Made by a program: the position numbers and the translations under genes. Below are positions 1-13,382 of a stretch of DNA of 64,000 nucleotides, piece by piece. Under the pieces are notes generated by a model, which did not search any database, was not told where the DNA came from, and saw nothing but the letters and a program-made list of their open reading frames with translations. The first letter of the stretch is position 1. Every line of letters starts with the position of its first letter. The DNA is from Massalongia carnosa (taxonomy: Eukaryota), in the NCBI GenBank assembly GCA_965645245.1, contig OZ287086.1, positions 992,001 through 1,056,000 on the forward strand. The letters run 5' to 3'.

Positions 1-1269
1 TTTAACCGGGCTCAACTCCCCACCAAAACACAAGCAATTTACATACGATTTTGATGGGATAATTATCATTATTATGAATTCTAAACATATCGAGACTCCT
101 ACCAAAGCTAAAATTCAGGGAGCCGTTGAATTTTGCGAAAAGCAAGGCATTTCTTATCACAAAGAGGATGTTTTTCGCACATTTGATGTGGAACGTACGA
201 GGGGCTATGCATACCTGCGTGAAGGAGCCTCATCACGCCGTCATCATAATAATTCCGATGTTTCTGAAGCTCGTGGGCGTCACAAAATTGTTACGCCTAA
301 ATTGATTAGAGAAATGGAACGGCTATTGGAAGAAGAAGGTATGGAGGCGCGCGCTCTTACATGGGAGCAATTGGGCTTCGAAGTAGGCCTAGACTGCAGT
401 GGCAAAACCATTCAACGAATCATGGGCACCATGGATTATCACAAATGCATTGCGTGCAGAAAGGGATGGGTGAACGAGAAGACAAGAAAGCTTCGTATGA
501 AGTGGTCAGATGCTATGCTTTCTAGATATCCAAATGCAGAAGACTGGAAACAAGTTCGATTTAGTGACGAAGTGCACTTTGGATGGGGACCTCAGGGCAA
601 ATTACGCATCATACGAAGATTAGGTGAACGTTATTGTCATGATTGTATTCAAGAAGCAGATGAACCAGACGAGGCCGTCAAGAAGAGACATCACTGTTGG
701 GCTGCTGCAGGTCATGACTTCAAGTCAGATATCTACTTTTACAGAGTTCCTGGAAACTCCAATGGAAAGATGAGTCAACGAGTCTATATCGACTCTATAT
801 TGGAGCCTATTGTGAAGCCCTGGATTGAAGCAAAACACGATTTCGTCTTAGAAGAAGACGGTGATTCTGGACATGGACTAGGCAAATCAAACATTGTACG
901 CACTTGGAAGCAGAACAACGATCTGAAGCACTATTTCAACTGTCCATGTTCACCTGATTTGGCCCCCATAGAAAATTGCTGGCAGGCCCCGAAGCAATAT
1001 TTAAAAAAATATCCTCATTGGATGATGATACGACCAAGGGGCTAATTTATGAGGGGTGGGCGAACGTTTCCCAGGCATTTATCAATGAACGGGTGTCTAC
1101 TATGCCAGATAGATTGAGAGCTGTTTTGGATTGTGAGGGTAAAATGACTGGTTATTGAATAGATTGAATGAATTGGATGACTGGTTGTTGAAATGGTGAT
1201 TATCCCATCAAAATTGTATGGAAATTGCTTGTGTTTTGGTGGGGGGTTGAACCCGGTTAAATTTTGGTG
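1..1269 (+). mobile_element. Tc1/mariner-superfamily DNA transposon; left TIR starts about 8 bp before the window
   Basis: Bases 1-70 are an imperfect reverse complement of ~1192-1261. The right end ...aaattttggtg is followed by TA (1270-1271). It encloses a DDE transposase. Confidence 0.9.
74..1158 (+). pseudogene. Tc1-like transposase (DD37E spacing) with one frameshift near 1020
   Basis: FSDE, EEDGD and SPDLAPIE motifs with 37 residues between D2 and E. The C-terminus (...MPDRLRAVLDCEGKMTGY) is in another frame, and one extra G at cattg/gat restores it. Confidence 0.85.
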
Positions 1270-1283
1270 TAGTTTTTTTTTTG

Positions 1284-2515
1284 TCCCCCGCGTGGACCCC
1301 AAGGAGCAGGAAGCCCTAGGTAAAAAGACCACAAAGGAAATAGTAGACGCCCTACGAGTCTCTAACGAAGAGGTGACGGGCATCCGACGACTACCAAGTG
1401 GAGATCTAAAAATTCACGTAAAAACACCGGAAGTCAAGGAAACCTTGCAAGCACACTCGGAATGGATAAAGAGAGTTGCTGCATCAGCGACGATACGCAA
1501 AGAAGGCTATGCAATTCTAGCTCACGGAGTAAAAATGAACGAAGTCAGAGGGTCAAAGCAAGCGAAAGCATTGGAATACTTGACAATGGAAAACGCAGGA
1601 TTGCATGAAGGACTGAAAATCAATCGAGTAGCCTGGAGCGCCAGAGCCCGCAAAAAAAACAAGCGCTACGCCTCGTTACACATCGAGGTAGAAACTGCAG
1701 AAATGGCCAATCGTTTGATCCTCGTAGGACTGGCGGACGAAGGGGAAATAAAAACATGCGAGCTCTTCGAAGCCGGCTGCAAGCTCACGCAATGCTTCAA
1801 TTGTCAGCAATACGGACACATCGCGAAGTTTTGCAAAAATCCCACCGTCTGCGGGTACTGCGTCGGAAGGCACGACAGCAGAAACTGCCCATGCAGCAGA
1901 AACGGAAGGTCCCTACGATGCGCAGTGTGCGGGGACAAGGGACACCCAGCGTGGGCAGCGGAATGCCAAGTCAGGAAAGAGAAAAAACACCGCACGGAAA
2001 TCACAAGAGAATCACGCCGGCGCTTGTACGCAGTGCCGCCCCCACCCAAAGGAAATAAAGCAATCCTCAGCCAAGCGCAGGGGGGGCGTATGGAAGTCGT
2101 AGTCGAGGACGAAACCGAAGCAGGTCATGGGAATCAACAACCCCAATCAAACAAACCCACCGACGCCTCACAAAACGAGTTCCCATCGACACACATCACC
2201 AACGAGGCGGAGCCGCAGGAAGGAGAAGAGGCGGAAAACGAAGTGGAAATGACAGAAACTACGAAGACGATAAGTAAGAGAAAAGAAAGTGCGAGATCAA
2301 TTAGAGAACTGAGAGTCACTCGGTCGCGCTCGTTATCACCACAAGAAGCACAAGAACGGAGGATTCTACGAGGGAGGGAAGAATGGGGGTCGACGAGGGC
2401 AAAAATAATGAACCCAGAAAACAGAGAGTCGGTCTTCGCCAAACCGAAAAGAGGACGTCCGATGACTAGAGCAAGAAACACCAACGAGATACAACTCAAC
2501 GAAAGAATGCTATGA
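1284..2515 (+). CDS. LINE ORF1 (gag-like nucleic-acid-binding protein), N-terminally truncated
   Basis: QCFNCQQYGHIAKFC, CGYCVGRHDSRNC and CAVCGDKGHPAWAAEC knuckles. The ORF-track start at 1193 runs into the Tc1 TIR and is not real. Confidence 0.85.
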
Positions 2516-5500
2516 AGAACACAGAAACCCTTACGATACTGCAGTACAATGTCAGGAAAAGTGCAAAAGGCACACTGATACCCTTGCTGTCAGATAAAAG
2601 AACACAGGATTTCGACATCATAGCTATTCAAGAACCGTGGAAAAACCCTACGACGTCCCTACTTCTTAACCCCTATCAAAGTGGGTTCCATCTTCTTTAT
2701 AAACCAGGGGGCGACACGCGAGTTTGCTTTTATATCAATAACAAAATAGACCCAGAAAGCTGGGAAGTGGAATACCCGTCAAAGGATATGAGCACATTGA
2801 AAATAAAAGTAAAAATCGGAAACGGAACAAAAATGATTCACATACACAACGTATACAATCCATCGCCCTTATCCACTTCCTCGATTACTAGCCCGTCCAC
2901 CCTATCGACCGTATTACACCAATTACAAGACCCCGGAGAGCATATTCTTCTAGGAGACTTCAATCTCCATCACCCATACTGGGGTGGAGCAGGGGTACGA
3001 GGACAGCACGAGGCGTCCGAATAACTGCTGGACATTATAGAAAACAAAAATCTCTCTCTCACACTTCCAAGAGGAACAATTACATGGGAAGCAAGAAACT
3101 CGACCAGCACCATTGATCTGGTGTTCATGACAGAAGATTTAACGGAGAGATTGGAACACTGCACCACGGTCCCGGAGATGAATCAAGATTCCGATCACAT
3201 ACCGATTTCAACGAGACTGCGGCTCTCCTGCGAACCCCTGACAAAGCTCCCACGAAGGGCCTGGAAACTTCTAAACATGGACAAGGTAAAAGAAATCGAG
3301 AAAAGAACCCCCGCACCACGCATGCCGCACAGCATCGAGGAAATCGATCAATATACCAAGGAAATCCAGGATTACCTCAAGGAAATCGTAGATAAAGCAG
3401 TACCATGGGCCAGACCAAGCCCGGAGGCGAAACCCTTTTGGAATAAGGAATGCGACGACGCAACAAGAGAGACTCGTAGGCTACGAAGAATCTGGACCGC
3501 GGAAAGAAACCTAGCGGATTGGAAAAACTACGTTAAAGCAAACGATAAGAAACAAAAAATTATCGGTAAAGCAAAAAATCTCTGCTTCAAACAGCAAATA
3601 GCCACAATCACAACTTCCCAATCCGGACTCTTCCGTCTAGCAAAGTGGGGTAAAAACAAAAGTGACGACCCCAGAGAAATCCCAAAAATGCCCCCCCTGG
3701 CCACAACCCAGGACCCTGATACGATAGCCAATACCTTCGAAGAGAAAGCGAAAATGCTAAAGAAATCTTTCTTCCCCCTAACCCCCGGACGCAGATCTCA
3801 GCGACATCGTAGGATACACGTACCCGCAAACCCCAGACTGCCCCATCCTGATCACGAAAGAAGAAGTGGCGGCAGCGCTTCGTAGGTCGAAACCAGACAA
3901 GGCACCCGGTCCGGACGGGATCACAAATAGAATTCTCAAGGCATGCTCGGAAAATCTGATCAGTTGCTGACAGCACTGTTCCAGGCCTGCGCAGAGCAGG
4001 GTTATCATCCTCGAGCGTTCAAAACCGTCAACACCATCACGCTGAAGAAACCAGGAAAGAGTAATTACGCGGATCCTAAGGCGTGGAGACCCATTGCGCT
4101 CCTAAACACGCTTGGAAAAATGCTAGAATCCATTATAGCAAGGAAAATAAGCTATTTAACGGAAAAACTCAGATTAATTCCAGACACGCAAATGGGAGCA
4201 AGACCAGGCCGCGCAACGGACACAGCGCTCGAACTACTCACGGAGCAGGTACACACGGTCTGGAATCAAGGGAAAGACAAAGTAGCATCGCTTCTTAGTA
4301 TCGACGTCTCAGGCGCCTTCGATACGGTTTCACATCGTAGGCTCATTCATAATCTGAGAAAGAGAAAAATTCCGGAATGGATCACGAAATGGACAGAAAG
4401 CTTCCTCAAGGAAAGAGAAACCACTCTCACTATCAATCAACGAACAGCCAACGCATTCCAGCTGAATATAGGAATTCCGCAAGGATCTCCTTTGTCTCCC
4501 ATTCTATATCTCTTTTATAATGCAGACTTACTCGATATTTGCAATAGACCAGGTACCAACGCAGCGGGCATGGGTTTCGTAGACGACGTCAATATACTGG
4601 CGTACGGAAAGTCCACCGAAGAGAATTGCAAAACGCTGGAAAAAATACACAAAGACTGCGAACGATGGGCCGCTCGCCACGGCTCCGTATTCGCGCCACA
4701 CAAATACGAGCTGATACACCTGGCAAAGAATCCAAAGAAATTCAACCTGGACGCATCCTTCGCGGTAAGAGGCAAGATCCTGAAGACCAAGACTTCGATA
4801 AGAGTCCTGGGAGTATACATTGACACTAGACTCGATTGGGCAGCGCATTACAAGGAAATTCAGAAGAAAATGACGAGACAAACAATGGCACTGACCAAAA
4901 TCGCAGCCTCAACCTGGGGGGCGACCCTCCTACGAGCCCGCCACGTGTACACAGCAGTGATACGCCCCGCCATGTCGCACGACTCGATAGCATGGCACAT
5001 GCCAGCCGAAGCAAGAAAGAAAGCCAAAGTCGAATCAAGAAGCAAACTCGAAGTCATACAAAACAAGTGTTTACGAGTCATAGCCGGAGCGTACAAGGCT
5101 ACCCCAAGTGAAGTATTACAGGCAGAAACCCACATCCCTCCCTTAACGCAACATCTAGACCGCTTACAAGCAAAAACGAGATCCAGAATCTCGAACAGCG
5201 AACAGGAAAAAATTATAAAGCAGGCGTGCAATAGAATTCAAGTGAAACTCAGAGGCAAAAGAGGTCAATCGCGAGTCGCAGAGAAAACACCGGGAACTCG
5301 TAAACGAGAATGGGTAACAAAGATGACGAAAGACGCACCGAAAACAGTTAAACTGGATCAACCCTCTCCCCCTCCCTGGACAACGATCGACGAGGCACAG
5401 AAGAGACAACGCACAGCGCAAGTAACGACGCAGAACCAACGAGACGGGATAATAAAGAAGCACTTTGAGAATCAGTGGATCAACAAGTGGAAAGCATATC

Positions 5501-5918
5501 AAGCAAAACACACGTTATATCCCACGATCGCACAACAGGCGCCTATACACAGTAAAAGGCTTAACGCACACAAGTTACTAGACAAAGCGCAAAGCTCACT
5601 AGCAACACAGATAAGAACGGAAAAAATCGGATTGGCCAACTTTCTATATCGGCGCAAGGTCCCAGGTGTGAACTCGGCGGCATGTCCCTGCGGAAGCCTC
5701 TTACAAACAGCCAAACATGTAATCATGTTCTGCAGACTGCACGAACACAGAACGCACATGCTATGAACGGCAGGCTCGTCAGACTACCGCAAGCTAATCA
5801 CCGAACCCAAAGCTCTCAAAGTAGTAACCGCGTGGCTCATGCGCACAGGTATTTTAACACAGTATTCCATTGCCACGCAACTGCTTGAACAGCAGCCGGG
5901 CAGTCTCTCTTCAGTTTG
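2512..5918 (+). pseudogene. LINE ORF2: AP endonuclease, reverse transcriptase and C-terminal Cys/His motif, disrupted
   Basis: LQYNV, IQEPW, GDFNLHHPYW and SDH endonuclease motifs; WRPIALLNTLGK, GIPQGSPLSP and FVDD RT motifs; CPCG..QTAKHVIMFC. In-frame stops at 3022-3024 and 5764-5766, frameshifts at ~3780 and ~3945; the frame continues to TGA at 5918. Confidence 0.9.
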
Positions 5919-6191
5919 AAAAACAGGTATCGCAGATTTTCGAGATACAGGAATCAATCCGCGGGAGCGGCGAACCCCCGATGAAGCGGATACGCAGGAG
6001 TAGTTTTTCACCTTCGGGTTTTCTACTTATTACATAGCTTATATAGCATCTCCCGCATGGGCCGGCCTTCGGCCGGTGACACAACGGCGTAAGAATAATC
6101 AAATCAAATCAAACGTTTTCTCGAAGTTAGAATTGTTATTAGCAAATTCAGACATGAATAGTTAATCAATTCGGTTATTTTAATGATAAGA

Positions 6192-6310
6192 TACCGTATT
6201 TTCTGGCAAATAAGACTCTAGTCTTATAGGGGGGTGGTCAACCCGAGGGTCATTTGGAACGGGGTCTTATAAGCAGCGGGGTCTTATAAACAGGTATAAT
6301 CTTATAAGAG
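6192..6310. mobile_element. Possible pogo/mariner-type terminal remnant
   Basis: TA-CCGTATTTTCTGGCAAATAAGAC start with repeated GGGGTCTTATA motifs. No partner end was found. Confidence 0.35.
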
Positions 6311-6317
6311 TAGATCT

Positions 6318-6486
6318 TAGTAAGCAGGGGAAAAACACGAAGACGCGTTTGCCTCAGTACCTCAGACGTGCGTGGCTCATTGAGCCGGCTAAGCCCCTCC
6401 GGGTTAGCCTATTTTCGCTAAGCCCCTTCGGGTTAGCGTCGCTGCTGACTAACATCAGTGCGATAGCACGTCTGAGCGCAAAACTC
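6318..6486 (+). repeat. Left TIR of the AcademH-like element
   Basis: Reverse complement of ~12211-12384. It contains two GCTAAGCCCCTYCGGGTTAGC hairpin-like subrepeats and CTCAGACGTGC in both orientations. Confidence 0.85.
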
Positions 6487-6847
6487 AAAATTACGGCCAG
6501 ATCCGCGTAATAAAAATTTTAGCAGTGCAACCATTCCTTTTATGGATTTAATACAATGATTAGGGTCGTATTAGTTTACCAGAGACTGTATTTTATACCA
6601 AAAACGCACCTCTCAAGATGGATGACTCGATAATCATGTGTTATAACTACTGTCAGGCTAAGAAAAGCGATGTGAAAGTCGATTAAGTGATAAATTGTTC
6701 GCTTTCGCTCAATTTTGAGGTTGATGAACTGATTATTTTCATGTGGCGCGATTACATTGAGTTACAAAGATCATGATGATATGAATAACGACGGCCAATC
6801 AATGGTATTGTATGATTTATCTAGATTGAAGCTATCTGACGAAAGCC

Positions 6848-9527
6848 ATGGCTCTTGTCGGGGGCCCCTCCTCGCCACTTACCGACCTACGCACAAGTCC
6901 CTTGACTCCCGCCGGTGCGCTCAAGCGGCCCCACCCATCGCCGTCAGGCAGTAATGATAGCTCACCCTCTTCCTCCTCCCCTCCTGCCTTACCTGAAAAA
7001 AATGGAGGCGCGAAACGCCACCGCCGGCGCATATCAGATTACGACAAGCTGGTTGAGGTGCTTAAATTTCTGAGCTCTCTAAATTGGTCGGTAAAAGATT
7101 TTTTATCAACACTTTGTAAGAATCGAGCCCGTCATAGTATGCGAAAGGCGCAAGGCCAGCTCTTCGATTTTGTCTATGTCGATATTGTGCGGCAAGAAGA
7201 CTTTTCAAGCCTCATTGGGCCTGGTAGAATATCCACTATCCTTCGCGAGAGAGGATGGGTTTGGGCCGCGGATGTGCTTCGTGAAGAAATCAAAGCTTTG
7301 GCAGATCACGCAGCCTTTGGCCCTTTCCAGCCGCCCTCTGCGACAGTCGAGTTTGGGACCTTGGAGGCTATTAAACTTGCTGCATCTGCCGCCAAGCAGT
7401 TGGCGCCACGATGGCTTGAGCTAATTGATAGTGTTTGTCACGAGGCTCGCCCGCAGGAACCTCTCGATGTGACGTTGGATTCTCCCAGCGGCCGGCACAC
7501 CGTTATATTGGCAATGCTTTGTCACAAATTGCGACCAAATAAGGCGACCAATATTCAGTCCGTCTTAGGCCTTTATATTTATCAAGGTGGGGCGAGGCGG
7601 CGAGTTCTAGATACACTCTGTCATTTTGACCTGACGATGTCATATACTACCCTGCAGCGGCGCATGATGTCCTTGATTAAGGAGGCCGAACGAAAGGTTC
7701 AGATGCTAGGACAAGGCTCAAACATGATCTTGACATACGATAACTTTGACTTCGCAGAAGGTAAACGAGGAGAGCGCACGGGGGATAATAGAGACGTCAG
7801 ATCAATCACTACCGCTCTAATTTTCCAGGGGCAAGGATTCGATGCCGGCGCTTTGAGGCAGGATATGTGGCGCCCCGCCACGCATCTTTTATCAGCTGAA
7901 AGAATTGCGCGAAAGCTGGAGACTGGTGATCTCGAGATGCAGGTGAGTTCAATACAGGACGAGGTGTATATACCGCGCTCAATCGCTAATGCACCGCGTA
8001 CCTAGATTCGTCTTCATCATCTAGAGTCAGCGATTCGAGCGCTTTATGGCCCAGAGATCGGCGACGTTCAACTTCCTTGGTCGACTGCAATGCCCGTGCT
8101 GAATAAGATGAAAAAATACAAGACCAATTACATTCCTATCAAACCAGTCATGAAGGATGAGAGCACAACATCTAATAATATTCAAATATTGGAGGATATA
8201 TTTGTGCGACAGTTCAAGTTCAAGGAGGATGACTCGACGTTTGCGAGCGTCATTCGGCTTATCTATGGTGACCTCAAGACATGGTCGAGAATGCAATCTG
8301 TCAAGGAATTACGTCGTGGGATATCGGAGCAATCTTTCGATCGGTTCGACTGGATTTTACCGGGATTAGGGTTATGGCATCTTCGCTTTAACATGCTGCA
8401 GCTTATTCATAAAATACATTGGGGAGAGGCCCAGCCGGTTGATCCTTCGACTCTTCAATATGCCGCCGATCGGTGGGGCCGCGCTCGTGTCGTGCAGCCG
8501 AACGATTTCCAGGCCTTAGAGGATCTGATCATTCAGAGCTATCAAGCTAGAATCGTTGGGACGTGGATTAGGTTTTTACGAAAGGATGGATATGCTCCGC
8601 AGCGAATCGAAGCAACTATTTCGTGGCTCACAGCGCAGACTTGCGGGCAGGATGGCACCTGGATGAATATGTTGGGCAGGATATCTCGCAAACTTCACGC
8701 GGAATTACCCTCAACGTCAATAGATATGCTTCCTCCAACGCTTGATCAACAATTTCAGAATCATCAGAACTTCTGTGATCACGTTGAATCGTATCTAACA
8801 CTTCGATACGCAATCAAATATGCGGATATTGGACTACTTCGTCACGCATTGCGCCACGCAACGGTGATCTTTCAGGCAAGCGTAGCTGGCACCCCCGAAA
8901 TATGCGCAAGCTCTTCTATACACCCTTCATGCGATTGATTCGTCCGCAGCGACCATAAGGCTACAGGAAAGTATTTTAATGAATAGTCTTGTCAATTTAC
9001 GCGGTGACGAAGAGTCGAGTTTTGAGACTGATCGGCTTTTAGAGATACTAAACAATAACCTCAAGACGTTCCAGCACGAGCGATCTTATTTTTCAAAGTA
9101 TAGTGACACCTTGCTCGAGAACTGGGCACTCAACGGTCCATATCTTATGAAGCTCAAAGAAATCGTTGAGTTTTACTTTGGAAGAGTCAACTCTTCAAGG
9201 CATCCAGCAAAATCGGCCGCAGAGGATGTGTGGGGCATGGCTACGGCACTAGCGCATAAATCACTCTGTAAAAGAAGCTATGATCGATTTTCAACTAATC
9301 CAACCGCTAATCTTTATGTTGAGGGATTGAAGAAACTTGGAGAAAATGTATTAAAATACAATCAGCAGTATCTTTCCGAAGAAATTTCAAAAGAAATTTC
9401 AACAGACGACCTTGAGGGTAAGTATGAAGCCGAGCCCGATTTTGTCAATGAAACAAAGCAGGTCCCCGACAGCCCTGTCATTTCAAAGGCCCGTCTCGAG
9501 ATATCCGGCGGTATGTTTTTTGATTAA
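6848..9527 (+). CDS. DUF6589/Academ-type transposase; intron 7943-8005; +1 frameshift in a C5 run near 8892-8896
   Basis: YDNFDF, YGDLKT, GLWHLRFN and LVNLRG...FETDRLLEILN motifs. A GT-AG intron with a GCTAAT branch site joins the ORFs in frame, and removing one C gives GTPKYAQALL...ILMNSLVN. Confidence 0.75.
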
Positions 9528-9586
9528 ATCATCGATACCACGAGATAGCCTAGTCATGTAAATCCGCGCCGCGCGGCTTTACAGAG

Positions 9587-11762
9587 TCAGAGGTAGCGGA
9601 CGGGGCACTTTCTTTCTTGTCTAGATCGTGTCGGAGGAAGGGCCATGGGTACATTCAGCGACAACGCTTCCATAGGATCTCGAGGCGCTTTTTTGGTCTT
9701 TGATGCCTTCATCGATGATTTAAGAGCATCAACATTGTCAACAACGAGCGCCGCATCGGAGATATTGTGATTAGGCGCAGGATTCTCGCCCGATGGCTCC
9801 GTGCTCTCGCTTTCCTTCGAGGCTTTCTTCTTGACCGCATTTCGCTTTTTAAAAACCTTTCTCGACATATATCCTTGTTTGATCATCCAGTTTTTCCTCC
9901 GTTCCTCAAATTCAATACTGGCGGAGTTGCATGTTAGGCTGGGTAATCGTTTTCTCTTTATGTCGTTGTGTCGTTTCCATTCCTCGAACATGTCTCCCTC
10001 GTCTAATCTCATTGCTTGACCCCGCTTTAAAATTTCTAAAAGCTCGGCGCCGTAGGGCCTAATACCAGTCCATGTGTTACCAATCCATCGCCGCATGGTG
10101 GGCTCGTCCACAATCTGATCCGCCCAAGTGGTCAAAGAATTCAGTACCTCATCGGGCATTATCAATGATGGGAAGTATCGCATATGTGAATTTGGGAACT
10201 TTTCCTGCGCCTTGGCCTCCCTCCATTCTCGAAGTTTAAGGGTGAACCAAGGCCGCCTAGACGAGTCACGCTCGGCCGTTCTATTTAACATCTCATTGGC
10301 GGCTGTTGATGTCTGAAAACTTGGATCGCAAATTGAACAGCAAGGTTGCGGCTTAACATAGGCCGACGTTGGATACACTTTATCATTGAAGAAATTCAAG
10401 CCAATACCTCGAACGCAACCATCTGAAGGCACATTGATTATCTCCCAAAGACCCGGTGGCATATCTCGTCGCCGATCAGCATCCTTTTGATTGATGCGGC
10501 GTTTACTGGCCTTGGATTCAATCTCGATTCCCGCGTCATATCCGTCCTGTTCGTCCATTTTTGATCCGCTTCTTGGACCCATGCACCAAGAAGGATGCAA
10601 AAGAGTAAAATGCGCCTGTCCTCGACCGCAACGCAAAGCACGACCTAAACGTTGGTATAGCTTCGCCATTGACGAGGGTAGCAGCCATTGCGTAACTCTC
10701 ATAACGTCTGGATTATCAATACCAAGCCCGTATGCATCCGTTGCGATCAGGATTCGAGGAAATTTACATTGATTCGAGGGCATTTCGAAGCGAGCCGCAA
10801 TCCTTTCTTTGTCTTGGGTGGCCATGTCGGAAAAGAAAGGCGCGACCCAACTAGCAGCCTCAATTGGATAGGACAATTGATTCATCCATACTTTCATTAG
10901 CGCACACGCCTTTTTGATAGATGAAATTGAATCCATGAAGATAATCGTTTTCGGAATATCAAAAGGACTCTCAGCCCGTGTTGGTAAAAGATGTTGAAGA
11001 TCGATCATGCTGTTCATAGGCCGCTGTAGACTGCTTGTCTGTATGTATATCTCTGGACGATCAAGCGCTGTTTGAATAACAGTACTTTCGTTATCAAAGC
11101 CACAGCGATCTTTAACGCTCTCTAGGGTTCTTGGATCCAGCGTTGCAGACGCACCCAGAAAAGGAATACCATCTGGTAATCGTGTACGAAGCACACCGAG
11201 ATTGAAGTATTCGGGCCGGAAATCTCGCCATTCGGATACAAGATGCATCTCATCAAGAGCTAAAAGACATAAATTCAAGAAGAAACTTGGATGCCTCAGA
11301 ACCTCCTGATTAAACAGCTTTGACGTCGCTATCTCTGGGCTAGTAAAAACTATTCATATTAACGAGTAAGTTTTTATATTTATCTCAATCATAATTTGAA
11401 TACACACCATGCGTATAATTGTTTTCACGAATTAACTTTAAATTAGAAGAATTATTACTATCACCGTCCAACACGAAAGGCTTGCATCCCTCGATAACGC
11501 TCAATTTCTTGCACTGTTGAGCTTCTAAGGTCTTGAGAGGCATGATAATTAAAGCGATCTTAAGACAAGAGAACATTAATGGCATAGCTTGAAAGATAAT
11601 ACTCTTTCCAAATCCAGTCTTGGCGATAAATATCAGATCCTTTTGATCTTGTGCTAAAGTCATGATAGCGTCAACTTGCTCATTCTTTGGATAAAAGCCG
11701 AATTTACTTAAAATCACGGTCGTCACCTGCTCGCGAGTTATCGACGCTATAGGATCGTCCAT
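9587..11762 (-). CDS. RecQ-like superfamily II DNA helicase; intron 11407-11350; intact
   Basis: AKTGFGKS (I), TSPE, DEMH (II), SAT (III), ATDAYGLGID (V) and QRLGRALR (VI); Cys cluster GCVR...CCSICD and an HRDC-like LREWREAKA segment. Splicing is in frame. Confidence 0.88.
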
Positions 11763-12210
11763 TTCGATGTGTTCGCGAGCGATATTCGACGATTCGCGAG
11801 TTGGATTCTTAGCCCGCAAAACGCACATCAAGCAAGTTCATCACATTCAACGATTTTAGGCTTTCGAAAACAACGCTCGGAGGATCAGATTAATGATCAG
11901 AAGCGCCGACAATGAAAAACTGGAGCTAGTGACCCGTTGAGTCTGCTGTGGTGGTGTCGAAATTTCGAGTCAAAGTCGAGTCCTCGTCGCGAGATCGATA
12001 TTGCGACTCAATTTTGCAGCGATATGTAATTAAAATATTGATTAATCGATAGAATGTATATCAAAGCATCATTTCTATTATTACATAATTTATGAAATGT
12101 CGTTGCGCGTTGTTGATTCCGCCGTCAACTTGATTCTTGATGATTTTTGAGGTTAAGCCAAAAATTTGTATGAGCGCGCACCAAAATAAGCCGGATCTGA
12201 CAAAAATACA

Positions 12211-12384
12211 GAGTTTTGCGCTCAGACGTGCCGCCCGTAGCATGCGTAGTCAGCTAAAGGGCCGCTAACCCGAAGGGGCTTAGCGAAAATAGGCTAACCC
12301 GGAGGGGCTTAGCCGGCTCATAGAGCCACGCACGTCTGAGGTACTGAGGCAAGCGACCGAGGTTCTTTTGCCTCCTGCTTACTA
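12211..12384 (-). repeat. Right TIR of the AcademH-like element
   Basis: Inverted copy of 6318-6486. Confidence 0.85.
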
Positions 12385-13382
12385 ATTTCCAGATTAGGCA
12401 ATCATATGCTATATGCGAAAAGCTTCAGATATCGGCACGACTTCGGCAACTACGAGGAGGCAAAGGTATGCAGCAATGATGCTACATTTCGGAGGAAATT
12501 CAGCTGTTCATGATCACTGAGTGTCTCGGTGTCTCCGGTCAGCAATAAGGTATATTTTGCCCAGCTGAAAAGGTTCAAAGGAAGCAGGTTCATGCATTTG
12601 ATATAGGCCGAGATGGAGGCCCTCAAGCAGTATAAAGAGACGATGATTCCTCATGTAATTTAGCTATTCAGTCGTTCAGAATTCAGTGCAGCAGATAGCT
12701 AAATTTGGAGTATCTTCACTGGAAATACGGAGTACCTGCATCACGTTTGCCAAGCACTTCTCTTTGCTTATCCTTGATAGCCCTAGACCCTCTTCTCCTG
12801 CATCCCGCTGCCGTATGCCTGGTTGATTTTTTGTTCAACACTATGCCAAGGAGCCAAGGCTTCAAGGTTGTTGTCGAAAATCTCCTGCTTGTGGACCTCC
12901 ATCTCATGAATAATACTAGTTCATGTAACCTCGTATTGCTTCTATTTCTAAGGTTGGCGGAAACACAGCGATCTGCACCTCGCTGGCGCCGTCACTCTCG
13001 CCGGCGCCTCTACCTAGCGCCCCCTTTCGGGCCTTGGTGCAGATCGCGGTGGATACTCCCTCTACCTCTGCGGCTGAGACCTGGAGTGGGTGGGCGGGTC
13101 AAAAACTACTATGCAGTGCTACCTCCGAATCCGAGATGATGAGGAGATGTAGGACTGCTTTGGCCCTCTATATAGCCTCCATCTCCCCCCTGTCATCCAT
13201 CCTTCCCTATCCGATCCCCCGTCGTTATCCGAACCAGCTCCTGGCGGATAACCGTGCAAAACCGAAGAGGTCCGGATTTTGCATCACCTGTTGTCCCCGT
13301 CATGCGTGGAGAACCGCTGGTAGCCGATCCGTTGGTAGCCGAATCCGCTGGTAGCCGAATAGCATCGGTCCCGCACTAGCTA

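Larger units (their letters stand above)
1284..6113 (+). mobile_element. Tad/CgT1-like non-LTR retrotransposon (LINE), 5'-truncated
   Basis: Gag-like ORF1 with three Cys/His knuckles, APE-RT ORF2, and an (ATCAA)n tail at 6098-6113. The 5' boundary is approximate. Confidence 0.9.
6318..12384. mobile_element. AcademH-like DNA transposon (transposase plus RecQ-like SF2 helicase, convergent)
   Basis: Long TIRs with termini TAGTAAGCAGG.../...CCTGCTTACTA and an ~90-bp near-perfect core at 6349-6438 vs 12263-12352, enclosing two convergent genes. No TSD was found. Confidence 0.8.

Noticed and set aside
1193..1283. N-terminus of the 440-aa ORF
   Set aside because: It is read-through of the Tc1 right TIR and a T run into a truncated LINE ORF1.
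9587..11762. Host RecQ/SGS1 orthologue
   Set aside because: It lies inside TIRs paired with a transposase-like gene and lacks the long SGS1 N-terminus.
6309..12393. Target-site duplication for the AcademH-like element
   Set aside because: The flanks AGTAGATCT and ATTTCCAGA do not match; only a TA reading is possible, and it cannot be told apart from the TIR itself.
12390..13310. Short ORFs between the AcademH-like element and the Tc1
   Set aside because: No recognisable domain and interrupted by stops.
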